Of a stretch of 15,848 nucleotides of DNA, positions 7,467-15,848 are shown piece after piece (the first letter of the stretch is position 1; the number at the start of each line of letters is the position of its first letter). A program made the position numbers and the translations under genes. A model generated the notes under the pieces. That model was not told the DNA's origin. It made no database searches and worked only from the letters and a program-made list of their open reading frames with translations. The DNA lies in the NCBI GenBank assembly GCA_044347345.1, contig JBIKUX010000037.1, forward strand, positions 1 to 15,848, in the 5' to 3' direction. This stretch comes from Bdellovibrionota bacterium. Lineage in GTDB: Bacteria; Bdellovibrionota_C; UBA2361; JBIKUX01.

Positions 7467-8938
7467 TACTCTATAAATAGCCTATGCTGATAGGATGATT
7501 TTTTTGACGGTATTGGCACCGGATAATTTCCTGAAAAACATGCATCACAAAATCCTGATCGCTCAGAATTTCCTGATCGCTCAGAATTTGCTGTGCCACG
7601 AACAGCTCGGTAGAGACCATCAAGACTCAAATAAGCAAAAGTGTCAGCTCCAACAAAATTCCTAATCTCTTCTAAAGACATTTGCGCAGCTATTAGCTCA
7701 GATTTGTCAGGAGTATCTATACCATAAAAACACGGGCCAGTTGTGGGAGGGGCACAAATTCGTAGATGAACTTCCGCGGCACCTGCACTACGAAACATTG
7801 CTACTAATTTTCGACTAGTTGTGCCCCTAACAATTGAATCATCAACTACTATAATTCTTTTTCCTGCTAGGATATCAGTATTAGCATTTAGTTTGATTTT
7901 TACTCCAAAGTCACGAATAGATTGCTTGGGTTCTATAAAAGTACGACCCACATAATGATTTCGAATCAAACCAAGTTCAAAAGGTATTTTTGCCTCTTCA
8001 GCATATCCTAAGGCAGATGGCACCCCAGAATCAGGTACAGGTACTACTATATCTGCCTCAACAGGGTGCTCTCTAGCAAGCTCTGACCCAAGCCGCTTGC
8101 GCACTGAGTAAACATTCTTGCCAAAAACATAAGAATCAGGCCGAGCGAAATAAACATATTCAAAAATACACGGGGCTGGCTTTACATTACCGAATGGAAA
8201 GAAACTCTTTATCTCTCCATTACCACTTACCTCTACGAGCTCACCTGGCTCAACATCTCTAATATAAGTGGCACCAATTAAGTCAAAAGCACAAGTTTCA
8301 GAAGCAAAAACAATTGAATCACCAAGTGCCCCAATAACTAAAGGACGAAATCCTTGAGGGTCTCTTACGGCAAGTATTCTGTCACTCATTAACAACAACA
8401 GCGAAAAGGCTCCTTCCACCCGTGACAGCATGGAACAAACCCCTTCTATAACACTGCCTCTTGTCGGAGCTCGAGCTAAAAGATGCAAAAAAACTTCGGT
8501 ATCCGATGTTGAAGAAAAAATGGAACCTTGCTCTATCAATTCTTCTCTTAGAGCTTCTGCATTTACGAGATTACCGTTATGAGATACTGCAACGGGGCCA
8601 GAACCTATCTCTGCCATAAACGGTTGAATATTTTTTAACTCTCCTCCTCCAGCAGTGCTGTACCTTACATGCCCGATTGAATGTCGTCCTGGAAGACGAG
8701 CAAAATCAAATCGATTAAAAATATCAGCTACCAAACCTAAGCCTCGATGAGCCGTAAATCGTGATGCAGCAAAAGAATCATCAACCGACACCACACCAGC
8801 TCCTTCTTGACCACGATGCTGTTGGGCATACAAACAAAGATATGCGATATTTGCGGCCTCATTATGATTCCATACCCCAACAACACCACATTCATCATGA
8901 AAATGATCGTCAATTTCTTCGTAGAGTTGAGGTTTCAT
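7466..8938 (-). CDS. purF: Amidophosphoribosyltransferase, propeptide and [4Fe-4S] (Bacillus subtilis-like) type
   Basis: 16-aa propeptide ending HDE|CGVVG (N-terminal Cys nucleophile), QHRGQEGAG, GHVRYST, HNGNLVN, SDTEV, RDPQGFRPL, CIFEYVYFARPDS, PRPP motif VVVDDSIVRGTTS. Cluster-ligand Cys residues occur in PCIF, PCFYG and CDAC. Confidence 0.98.
   Translation of the reverse strand: MKPQLYEEIDDHFHDECGVVGVWNHNEAANIAYLCLYAQQHRGQEGAGVVSVDDSFAASRFTAHRGLGLVADIFNRFDFARLPGRHSIGHVRYSTAGGGELKNIQPFMAEIGSGPVAVSHNGNLVNAEALREELIEQGSIFSSTSDTEVFLHLLARAPTRGSVIEGVCSMLSRVEGAFSLLLLMSDRILAVRDPQGFRPLVIGALGDSIVFASETCAFDLIGATYIRDVEPGELVEVSGNGEIKSFFPFGNVKPAPCIFEYVYFARPDSYVFGKNVYSVRKRLGSELAREHPVEADIVVPVPDSGVPSALGYAEEAKIPFELGLIRNHYVGRTFIEPKQSIRDFGVKIKLNANTDILAGKRIIVVDDSIVRGTTSRKLVAMFRSAGAAEVHLRICAPPTTGPCFYGIDTPDKSELIAAQMSLEEIRNFVGADTFAYLSLDGLYRAVRGTANSERSGNSERSGFCDACFSGNYPVPIPSKKSSYQHRLFIE
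7553..7588. repeat. Exact 18-bp tandem duplication TCCTGATCGCTCAGAATT x2 inside purF (NSERSG x2)
   Basis: Read directly; the protein reads GTA-NSERSG-NSERSG-FCDAC. Confidence 0.95.
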
Positions 8939-8952
8939 GATTTTACCTTTCG

Positions 8953-11319
8953 CTACTTTGTTGGATTATTAACATTGGTAGCACCGCTAATATAAGGCTC
9001 TAGAGCATTACTCCAGACATTATGAGCATCTACTAAATTAAGCCGTGCTACATTGCCTATTTCTATACTAGTTCCACCAACAGTCCCACTGAGGGAAATA
9101 GCAATGCCAGAATTTTTAATATAGGATCTAACTTCCTGCGCTCTCTCAGGTGGACAAGAAATTATGTACCTAGCCCCCGATTCAGAAAATAATAATGAAT
9201 CAAGTCGACCTTGATGATATTCAACTTTTAACGTAGCGCCCAAAAGATTCTGGCTACCGAAACAGCACTCTGCTAGGGCAACTGCGAGGCCGCCGGAGGA
9301 AATATCGTGGCATGTTTGAATAAGTCTTTCGGAAATGAGATATCTCACGACCTTGGCTGTTCTCATCTCAAGATCATAATCTAGAAGTGGCGGTGTTCCT
9401 CTCTCTATCCCAGCATAGTGAGCAAGATACTCTGAACCCCCGAGTCCGTCATCACGAGCAATTCCAAGAACAAACACCTCATCGCCTTCGTTAATAAAAT
9501 ATGAGCCTACGGCCTGACTCACATCTTCCAAAACGCCAACCATAGCTATTTGAGGAGTAGGTAAAATACTTTTTCCCTTAGTCTCATTATACAGACTTAC
9601 GTTCCCACTTATGACTGGTATTTCAAATGCTCGAGCGGCATCTCCTAATCCTCGCACCGCTTCTGCAAATTGCCACATAGAGTGTGGTCGCTCTGGACTA
9701 CCAAAATTTAAACAATTGGATATGCCTATTGGATCAGCCCCTACTGCTGTGATATTTCTCACAGCCTCAGCAACAGATAAAGCGGTACCAAGACGCGGAT
9801 CAAGACCGCAATACCGCGAATTGCAATCAAGAGTAATGGCTACACCAATTTCTTTTCCAGTAATTTTATTTTTAGCCACTCTCACAACTGCGGCATCACC
9901 ACCAACATGAATCACTGTATTTGCTTGTACTGTAGAGTCATATTGATCGTAAACCGGCTGACGTGAGCATAAATTCGGCGAACCAAGAAGCTCGTACCAA
10001 ATGGTATCTAAGCCTTTTTCTGGTTCATCGACCTGACTTAATTCAAATGTTCTATTTCTTTCATACTCTGGTGGCACTTCAATGGGCCAACGATATTGCG
10101 GCACTGCACTGGTTACAAGTTTTACTGGAATAGAACTGACTGGCTCCCCATGCCAAAGTAACTCTACGTCACTTCCCTCTATTACTTCTCCTATTGCTAC
10201 AGCGTCTAATCCCCATTTATTACAAATATCAATGATTTTTCCTTCTTTCCCACGCTCAACTACAAGAAGCATACGCTCTTGAGACTCTGAGAGCATAATC
10301 TCATAGGGAGTTAGACCCTCTTCCCTCTGAGGTACACGGTCAAGATGGACTCTGACACCTGTGCCGGCTCGATCAGCCATCTCAAAAACAGAACTAGTCA
10401 TACCGGCGGCACCCATATCTTGGATTCCGATAACTGCCCCTGATTCCATAATCTCAAGACACGCCTCAATTAAAAGCTTCTCCTGAAATGGGTCTCCTAC
10501 TTGAACCGTAGGACGCTTTGCCAAAGCTGAATCATCGAATCCGGCACTTGCCATGGTAGCGCCATGAATCCCATCACGACCTGTCTTGCTACCAAGATAA
10601 AAAACAAGATTCCCTATGCCAGTAGCGTGACCAAGAAATATCTTATCATGCTCTACCACGCCCAAAGCAAAAGCGTTAACCAAACAATTACCGTTATAAG
10701 ATTCATGAAAAAACAGTTCGCCGCCTATAGTGGGTACTCCAACGCAATTGCCGTAGTTACCTATACCAGCAACCGCCCGACGAAGAAGATAGGAAGTTCT
10801 ATGGTTATCTAAACCTCCGAAACGAAGAGAATTTAACAAAGCTATCGGTCTAGCTCCCATTGTAAAAACGTCTCTGAGGATGCCTCCTACACCGGTGGCA
10901 GCTCCTTGGAATGGTTCTATAAAAGACGGGTGGTTATGACTTTCAATCTTAAAAACTACTGCCAAACCACCACCAACATCAACTACTCCGGCATTTTCTC
11001 CAGGGCCTTGAATAACGCGAGAGCCTTCGGTGGGTAAAGTCTTGAGATGAACCTTACTGCTTTTATATGAGCAGTGTTCAGAATAAAGGGCTGAAAAAAT
11101 TCCTAATTCTAAAATTGATAACGGACGCCCTATTAGGTTAGCGATTGTTTGAAACTCTGACTCAGACAAGCCATGCTCAATAGCACGTTCAAGCGTAGCT
11201 CCCTGCAACCACCATGGCACGTCTATCCCCTGCCCGTCACGTACTCCCTGCCCTTCACGACCTAGTTGCCTATCGCGAGTTAATTGTTCAACCCTTCGCC
11301 GCTCTATTGCTTCACTCAT
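8953..11319 (-). CDS. purL: Phosphoribosylformylglycinamidine synthase subunit PurL (small, PurQ/PurS-dependent type)
   Basis: [96 protein letters not shown]. No glutaminase domain. The 14-bp gap to purF contains an AAGGU RBS-like motif. Confidence 0.98.
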   Translation of the reverse strand: MSEAIERRRVEQLTRDRQLGREGQGVRDGQGIDVPWWLQGATLERAIEHGLSESEFQTIANLIGRPLSILELGIFSALYSEHCSYKSSKVHLKTLPTEGSRVIQGPGENAGVVDVGGGLAVVFKIESHNHPSFIEPFQGAATGVGGILRDVFTMGARPIALLNSLRFGGLDNHRTSYLLRRAVAGIGNYGNCVGVPTIGGELFFHESYNGNCLVNAFALGVVEHDKIFLGHATGIGNLVFYLGSKTGRDGIHGATMASAGFDDSALAKRPTVQVGDPFQEKLLIEACLEIMESGAVIGIQDMGAAGMTSSVFEMADRAGTGVRVHLDRVPQREEGLTPYEIMLSESQERMLLVVERGKEGKIIDICNKWGLDAVAIGEVIEGSDVELLWHGEPVSSIPVKLVTSAVPQYRWPIEVPPEYERNRTFELSQVDEPEKGLDTIWYELLGSPNLCSRQPVYDQYDSTVQANTVIHVGGDAAVVRVAKNKITGKEIGVAITLDCNSRYCGLDPRLGTALSVAEAVRNITAVGADPIGISNCLNFGSPERPHSMWQFAEAVRGLGDAARAFEIPVISGNVSLYNETKGKSILPTPQIAMVGVLEDVSQAVGSYFINEGDEVFVLGIARDDGLGGSEYLAHYAGIERGTPPLLDYDLEMRTAKVVRYLISERLIQTCHDISSGGLAVALAECCFGSQNLLGATLKVEYHQGRLDSLLFSESGARYIISCPPERAQEVRSYIKNSGIAISLSGTVGGTSIEIGNVARLNLVDAHNVWSNALEPYISGATNVNNPTK
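11228..11281. repeat. Degenerate 18-bp tandem repeat (2 clear copies, 15/18 identical, plus a weaker third) in the PurL N-terminal extension
   Basis: CCCTGCCCGTCACGTACT / CCCTGCCCTTCACGACCT / AGTTGCCTATCGCGAGTT; protein [18 protein letters not shown]. Confidence 0.7.
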
Positions 11320-11437
11320 ATATCTAACTTTGATTTTATTCTTAATCGGCGCTTAGCAAAAAACATCAGTTTATAGCCAAATTTGATGTTACTCTACTAC
11401 AAACTGGAACTTGAGTAGATGAAATATCTGTTTCACT

Positions 11438-11469
11438 TTGCCTGTATATTGCCTCTTTATCCTATACTT
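11438..11469 (+). promoter_or_regulatory. Candidate sigma70-family promoter for the prkA operon (TTGCCT-N19-TATACT; -10 region CTATACT)
   Basis: TTGCCT at 11438-11443 and TATACT at 11463-11468. The 19-nt spacer is non-optimal; motif match only. Confidence 0.3.
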
Positions 11470-11699
11470 TAGCCACCGATATACAAGAGCAGTACATCAC
11501 TTGGCAAAAGCTTTTTTTGGGTAAATTTTAAAATCAAAAAAATATTAAACTAGTAGAGAGTCTTAGAAGCTCTCATATCATCCAATTAGTACACCCGCAG
11601 ATAGCATGTCGAACGATTGTTTGAACAGTGATGCGAGGCATCGCACTTTTAAAACAAGAACAGCGATTAAATCGAGGGAAATAGGGACGGAGACGGGAG

Positions 11700-13625
11700 A
11701 TGACCACTGATTTTCGCAAGTTAATCGAAGAGGACCGAGAAACACGAAAGCAAACCTCATGGCGTGGTACTATGCTTGACTACTTAGAGGTAGTTCGCGG
11801 TACGCCTGACGTAGCAAAATTATCACACAAGCGCATTTTCGAAATGATAATGCAAGAAGGAGTGAGAGAAGTTGACTTAGATGAAAATCCCAAGCTCAAG
11901 CGTCTGTATAAAAGCGATAAATTACGCATATACGATTTCTTTACCGACGAATTTTATGGCATGGAAAAAACGATCAACCAGATCGTCAGATATTTTCATT
12001 CCGCTTCATTGCGCGGTGAGGAAAGTCGCCAAGTTCTTTTTCTTGTTGGGCCCGTTGGTTCAGGAAAAAGTTCACTTGTAGAAAAGATCAAGAAGGGTCT
12101 TGAAGGTGTGACCTTTTACGCAATAGAGGGATGCCCTATGTACGGCGACCCATTGCATTTGATTCCACGCCATCTCCGCAAAGAATTCAGCAAAATGTTA
12201 GCTGTACCAATTGAAGGAGATTTATGTCCGGTTACACGCCATCGCTTAAAGGAAGAATTTGGCAACAGATGGGAGGAAATGCCAGTCAGAACCTATGAAT
12301 TTAGTATTAGAGCACGCCGCGGTATTGGAGTGGTACCTCCAGTTGACCCGAACAATCAAGACACGAGCGTTCTAATAGGTTCAGAAGACATATCTAAACT
12401 GGATCTGTACTCAGAAGGAGACCCGAGAGTTCTTGATCTGAGTGGGGCTTTAAATGCTGGTAATCGTGGTATTGTAGAATTTATCGAGGTATTTAAAAAC
12501 GAAACTGAATATCTACATGCAATGATAACAGCTACCCAGGAGAAAATGATTCCTGCTCCCGGGCGTCATGGAATGATTTACGTCGATACATGCATAATTG
12601 CTCACTCAAACGAAGCAGAGTGGCGCAAATTTAAAAGTGACCATACAAATGAAGCCATAATGGACCGTATTGTAACGGTCAAAGTTCCATATAATTTACG
12701 TTTATCCGAAGAAGTAAAAATTTACAAAAAGATAATTCGTAACTCTCAGTTTACTGCTGATATAGCACCACACACGATAGAAATAGCGTCAATGTTTGCT
12801 ATTTTAAGTCGTCTTGAGGCAACAAATAAATGCGACTTACTCACTAAATTAAAACTATACAACGGTGAAGAGGTTGTTGAAAAAGGACGTACCAAAAAAA
12901 TTGATGTAGTTGAACTAGCTGAAGAGACAAAAAATGAAGGAATGACTGGTATCAGCACTCGCTTCATTATGAAGGCTCTCGATAATGCTCTCTCGGATAA
13001 CATTGAAGCTAACTGCATTCATCCTATTAGCGTGAGAGAAGCTCTTGTTCAGATGGTAAAAGAGCAAGACTTTCCTGAAGATACTCGCAAAAGATACCTA
13101 GAATTTCTTCAAGATACCTTGCATAAGGAATATCTTGAAATACTTGAGAAAGAGATTACAAAAGCTTTTGTTTATTCTTACCAAGAGCAAGCTGAATCTC
13201 TCTTTCAAAATTATCTTGACCATGCAGAGGCCTACGTAACAAAGAAAAGATTCAAAGATAGAAGCACCGGAGAAGAGCTTGAGCCCGATGAATCATTCAT
13301 GCGCTCAATTGAAGAACAGATTGCTATAATTGGCACCGCCGCTGACGGATTTCGCCAAGAAGTTATAGCCTACCTTTGGTCCGTTACTAGAAGAGCTGAA
13401 AAGATAACCTACGAAAGCTATGAACCTTTGAAAGAAGCGATAGAAAAGAAACTCATGGCTAGCGTACGTGATGTATCAAGAATAATAACCAAGGCGCGTA
13501 CACGCGATGATGATCAATCAAAAAAGTACGACAAAATGGTCGAACAGCTTATCAGAAACGGTTATCCGGCAAGTTGCGTAGACACAATCCTCAAGTATGC
13601 AGCCAATAATCTTTGGAAAGATTAA
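11700..13625 (+). CDS. prkA: PrkA/YeaG-family AAA+ protein (annotated as serine protein kinase)
   Basis: FFTDEFYGME, LRGEESRQVLFLVGPVGSGKSS (Walker A), IEGDLCP, DPNNQDTSVLIG..DISKL..YSEGDPR, GALNAGNRGIVEFIEVFK (Walker B region), IIAHSNEAEW, EAIMDR, VPYNLR, EGMTGISTRF. Purine-rich RBS GGGAG upstream. Confidence 0.96.
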   Translation: MTTDFRKLIEEDRETRKQTSWRGTMLDYLEVVRGTPDVAKLSHKRIFEMIMQEGVREVDLDENPKLKRLYKSDKLRIYDFFTDEFYGMEKTINQIVRYFHSASLRGEESRQVLFLVGPVGSGKSSLVEKIKKGLEGVTFYAIEGCPMYGDPLHLIPRHLRKEFSKMLAVPIEGDLCPVTRHRLKEEFGNRWEEMPVRTYEFSIRARRGIGVVPPVDPNNQDTSVLIGSEDISKLDLYSEGDPRVLDLSGALNAGNRGIVEFIEVFKNETEYLHAMITATQEKMIPAPGRHGMIYVDTCIIAHSNEAEWRKFKSDHTNEAIMDRIVTVKVPYNLRLSEEVKIYKKIIRNSQFTADIAPHTIEIASMFAILSRLEATNKCDLLTKLKLYNGEEVVEKGRTKKIDVVELAEETKNEGMTGISTRFIMKALDNALSDNIEANCIHPISVREALVQMVKEQDFPEDTRKRYLEFLQDTLHKEYLEILEKEITKAFVYSYQEQAESLFQNYLDHAEAYVTKKRFKDRSTGEELEPDESFMRSIEEQIAIIGTAADGFRQEVIAYLWSVTRRAEKITYESYEPLKEAIEKKLMASVRDVSRIITKARTRDDDQSKKYDKMVEQLIRNGYPASCVDTILKYAANNLWKD

Positions 13626-13721
13626 ATACTGCTTTTCTTTTTAAGGGTGCTTTGTCTTTAAGAAAATCAGATATGTTTATTTTGAGATAACGAACAATAG
13701 TAGTGTGATGAGTAGACTAAA

Positions 13722-14978
13722 ATGAGTACGATATTTCGGCCCTACACTTCCACTTCTCAACGTTCTGACCGCAGCGCAAGAGATAGAATGCGCCACCGAG
13801 ATAAGGTGAAAGATTCTATTCGTGGAAATATAGGAGACATACTCGCAGAAGAATCAATTATTGGACGAGACAAAGATAAAATCATAAAAATTCCCATAAA
13901 ATCGGTAAAGGAATATCGATTTATTTATGGAGAGAATTCTTCAGGAGTAGCACAGGGTAATGGACAACAAAAACCAGGAGACGTAGTTCAACCAGCTCCT
14001 TCAGATGGAGACCCTTCAAGCGGAAGCGATGGAGCCGGTAATCAACAAGGTGTAGAAGCTCTTGAGACTGAAGTTACAATCGAAGAGCTAATTGCAATAA
14101 TGTTTGATGATTTAGAACTACCGGAACTTGAAAAAAAAGCTTTAAAAGAAGTTATTACCCGAGATGCAATGCAGCGTAAAGGCCGAAGGCATGTTGGAAT
14201 ACGTCCACGCTTTGATAAGAAAACTACAGCTAAAAATCGAGTAAAAAGAAAACTTGCTGCCAGAGGTAGACAAGTTCCGCAGTATTCTGAAAATGGCGAT
14301 GAAATTCCTGAAAGGAGATTCCCATTTCATAAAGATGATATGCGATTTTTTCACGTTGTTCCTACAGAGAAAGAACAATCTAATGCCGTTGTTTTTTGCA
14401 TAATGGACACATCTGGATCGATGGGAACCGTAAAAAAGTATCTAGCCAGAAGTTTCTATTTTCTTCTTTACCAATTTGTTCGCCAGAAATATGAAAATGT
14501 TGAAGTTGTTTTTATAGCCCACCACACAGAAGCTAAAGAGGTGACCGAAAACGAATTTTTTCACAAAGTAGAAAGTGGTGGCACCTACATATCATCTGGA
14601 TATCGAAAAGCACTCGATATCATAGAATCTCGTTATCATCCGTCTCTTTGGAATATTTACGCATTTCATTGTTCTGATGGGGATAATTTTTACTCTGACA
14701 ATGACCGTGCACTAAAAGCAGCAGAGCAGTTGTGTGCCGTGTGTAACTTAGTGGGCTACGGAGAAATAAAACCCACAGGAAGCTCCTATTATAGCGGTAG
14801 TATGATTGAAGTTTTTCAGCAAATTAAAGAAGAAAACTTCAAAATAGTTATGATCGAGAAGAAGGAGGATCTTTGGGATGGCTTTAAGAGTTTCCTCAGT
14901 AAAGATAAAACTGGCAAGCTTTTACACCGGCCTTCTCAAACTCAAACTAGCGAAGGAGCCAGTGCAGCCCTACCATAG
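13722..14978 (+). CDS. yeaH: YeaH/YhbH (DUF444/UPF0229) family protein with a vWA-like C-terminal domain
   Basis: DRMRH..KVK..I, KIPI..KEYRFIYG, Gly/Gln-rich linker, FDDLELP.L, SNAVVFCIMDTSGSM (DxSxS), FIAHHTEAKEVTE.EFF...ESGGT.ISS, WNIYAFHCSDGDN. Lies between prkA and spoVR. Confidence 0.95.
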   Translation: MSTIFRPYTSTSQRSDRSARDRMRHRDKVKDSIRGNIGDILAEESIIGRDKDKIIKIPIKSVKEYRFIYGENSSGVAQGNGQQKPGDVVQPAPSDGDPSSGSDGAGNQQGVEALETEVTIEELIAIMFDDLELPELEKKALKEVITRDAMQRKGRRHVGIRPRFDKKTTAKNRVKRKLAARGRQVPQYSENGDEIPERRFPFHKDDMRFFHVVPTEKEQSNAVVFCIMDTSGSMGTVKKYLARSFYFLLYQFVRQKYENVEVVFIAHHTEAKEVTENEFFHKVESGGTYISSGYRKALDIIESRYHPSLWNIYAFHCSDGDNFYSDNDRALKAAEQLCAVCNLVGYGEIKPTGSSYYSGSMIEVFQQIKEENFKIVMIEKKEDLWDGFKSFLSKDKTGKLLHRPSQTQTSEGASAALP

Positions 14979-15021
14979 AAAATAACCATAAAGCGGTGAT
15001 TATTTACTAAAGGTCATAGTT

Positions 15022-15848
15022 ATGACAATTGCTGTTGAGGAGCTTGAAGAGTGGGATCTAAAGATTAAAGAGCTTGTAACCAAGTTTCGACTTAAATGCT
15101 ACCCACAAGAATTTGAAGTATGTGACCATAATGACATGCTTGGCTACATGGCTTACTCAGGCATGCCATCGCGGTATTCTCATTGGTCGTTCGGCAAGAA
15201 TTTTGAGCGACAAAAAATGCTTTATGAGTACGGAGTCTCTGGTTTACCGTACGAAATGGTTATCAACTCTAATCCTTGCGTAGCTTATCTCATGAGAGAT
15301 AATTCGCTTTTGTTACAGATTTTAACGATGGCGCATGTGTATGGTCATAATGATTTTTTCGCAAATAATTTTACTTTTACCAGTGGAACGAACGCCAAGC
15401 GCACTCTTGAAATTTTCAAACTAAATGGTCAGCGAATAGATTCATACGTTGAAGATCCATCCATAGGGCTTGATCTAGTGGAAAATGCCATCGATGACGC
15501 CCATGCTATAGCATTTCAATGCGCCAGAAATCTTGCTATCAAAACTCTTCCTCGTGATGAGCAGATATTACGCAAAATGCAAGCTGCTCAAGGTCCGGCT
15601 GATCCAAATTGGGAAATTCATCCCAAAAAAGAGTTTGAGGCACCGGAGTTAAACAAAATCCCTCTGGACCCAGTGGAAGATTTACTTTTATTCATTGCTG
15701 AAAATAATCCTTATCTCCCTGAGTGGAAGCGCGACGTTTTACGAATTGTACATAATGAGACCGTGTATTTCATCCCGCAGATGGAAACAAAAATCATGAA
15801 CGAAGGGTGGGCAAGTTACTGGCACTTTAAAATCCTTCAAAATTTAGA
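15022..15848 (+). CDS. spoVR: SpoVR/YcgB-family protein, 3'-partial (not in the ORF track)
   Basis: Manual translation from ATG 15022 is open to the window end: MTIAVEELEEWD...GMPSRYSHWSFGK...GLPYEMVINSNPCVAYLMRDNSLLLQILTMAHVYGHNDFFANN...EDLLLFIAENNPYLPEWKRDVLRIV..YFIPQMETKIMNEGWASYWH. Canonical position after prkA-yeaH. Confidence 0.96.
   Translation, partial: MTIAVEELEEWDLKIKELVTKFRLKCYPQEFEVCDHNDMLGYMAYSGMPSRYSHWSFGKNFERQKMLYEYGVSGLPYEMVINSNPCVAYLMRDNSLLLQILTMAHVYGHNDFFANNFTFTSGTNAKRTLEIFKLNGQRIDSYVEDPSIGLDLVENAIDDAHAIAFQCARNLAIKTLPRDEQILRKMQAAQGPADPNWEIHPKKEFEAPELNKIPLDPVEDLLLFIAENNPYLPEWKRDVLRIVHNETVYFIPQMETKIMNEGWASYWHFKILQNL

Noticed and set aside
6243..10812. Short + strand ORFs opposite the ALDH7, purF and purL genes
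   Set aside because: Antisense shadow ORFs of conserved genes, with no family motifs.
11406..11431. ECF (RpoE/AlgU-like) promoter GGAACTT...TCTG
   Set aside because: The spacer is 14 nt rather than the usual 16-17.
11419..11472. 17-aa hydrophobic small ORF MKYLFHFACILPLYPIL
   Set aside because: No convincing RBS, it overlaps the candidate promoter, and ORFs of this size arise by chance. It would need Ribo-seq or conservation evidence.
11501..11520. Sigma54 promoter for prkA (TTGGCA...)
   Set aside because: The -24 TGGCA is present, but the required GC at -12 (GG-N10-GC) is TT.
11578..14378. ORFs 11578-11760(-), 11881-12081(+), 12746-13018(-) and 14142-14378(-)
   Set aside because: They overlap prkA or yeaH antisense or out of frame. 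11578-11760 does not resemble PurS.
11700..15848. Evidence that the organism forms endospores
   Set aside because: prkA/yhbH/spoVR homologs are widespread in non-sporulating bacteria and in archaea.

Overview
Bacterial chromosomal window, AT-rich in its intergenic regions and mostly housekeeping. It opens inside a perfect 18-bp tandem array (8 exact copies plus 1 degenerate copy) that reads in frame into a DPBB-only RlpA-family lipoprotein gene. Next come a P1B-type heavy-metal ATPase with P1B-5 signature motifs (-), an uncharacterised multi-pass membrane protein resembling GT-C glycosyltransferases (-), an isolated bioA (+) converging on an ALDH7/piperideine-6-carboxylate dehydrogenase (-), and purL-purF (-). 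The last block is a divergently transcribed prkA/yeaG - yeaH/yhbH - spoVR/ycgB operon (+), with spoVR cut off by the window end and absent from the ORF track. I found no mobile element, CRISPR array or RNA gene, and I cannot support a clearly new system. The best leads are the (FPRCVS)n repeat upstream of the RlpA lipobox-like motif, recurring 18-bp in-frame duplications in three genes, a possible lysine-dependent BioA/ALDH7 link, the P1B-5 ATPase plus membrane protein pair, and the structured GGA-rich leader of the prkA operon. All family calls come from motif recognition by eye, not database searches.
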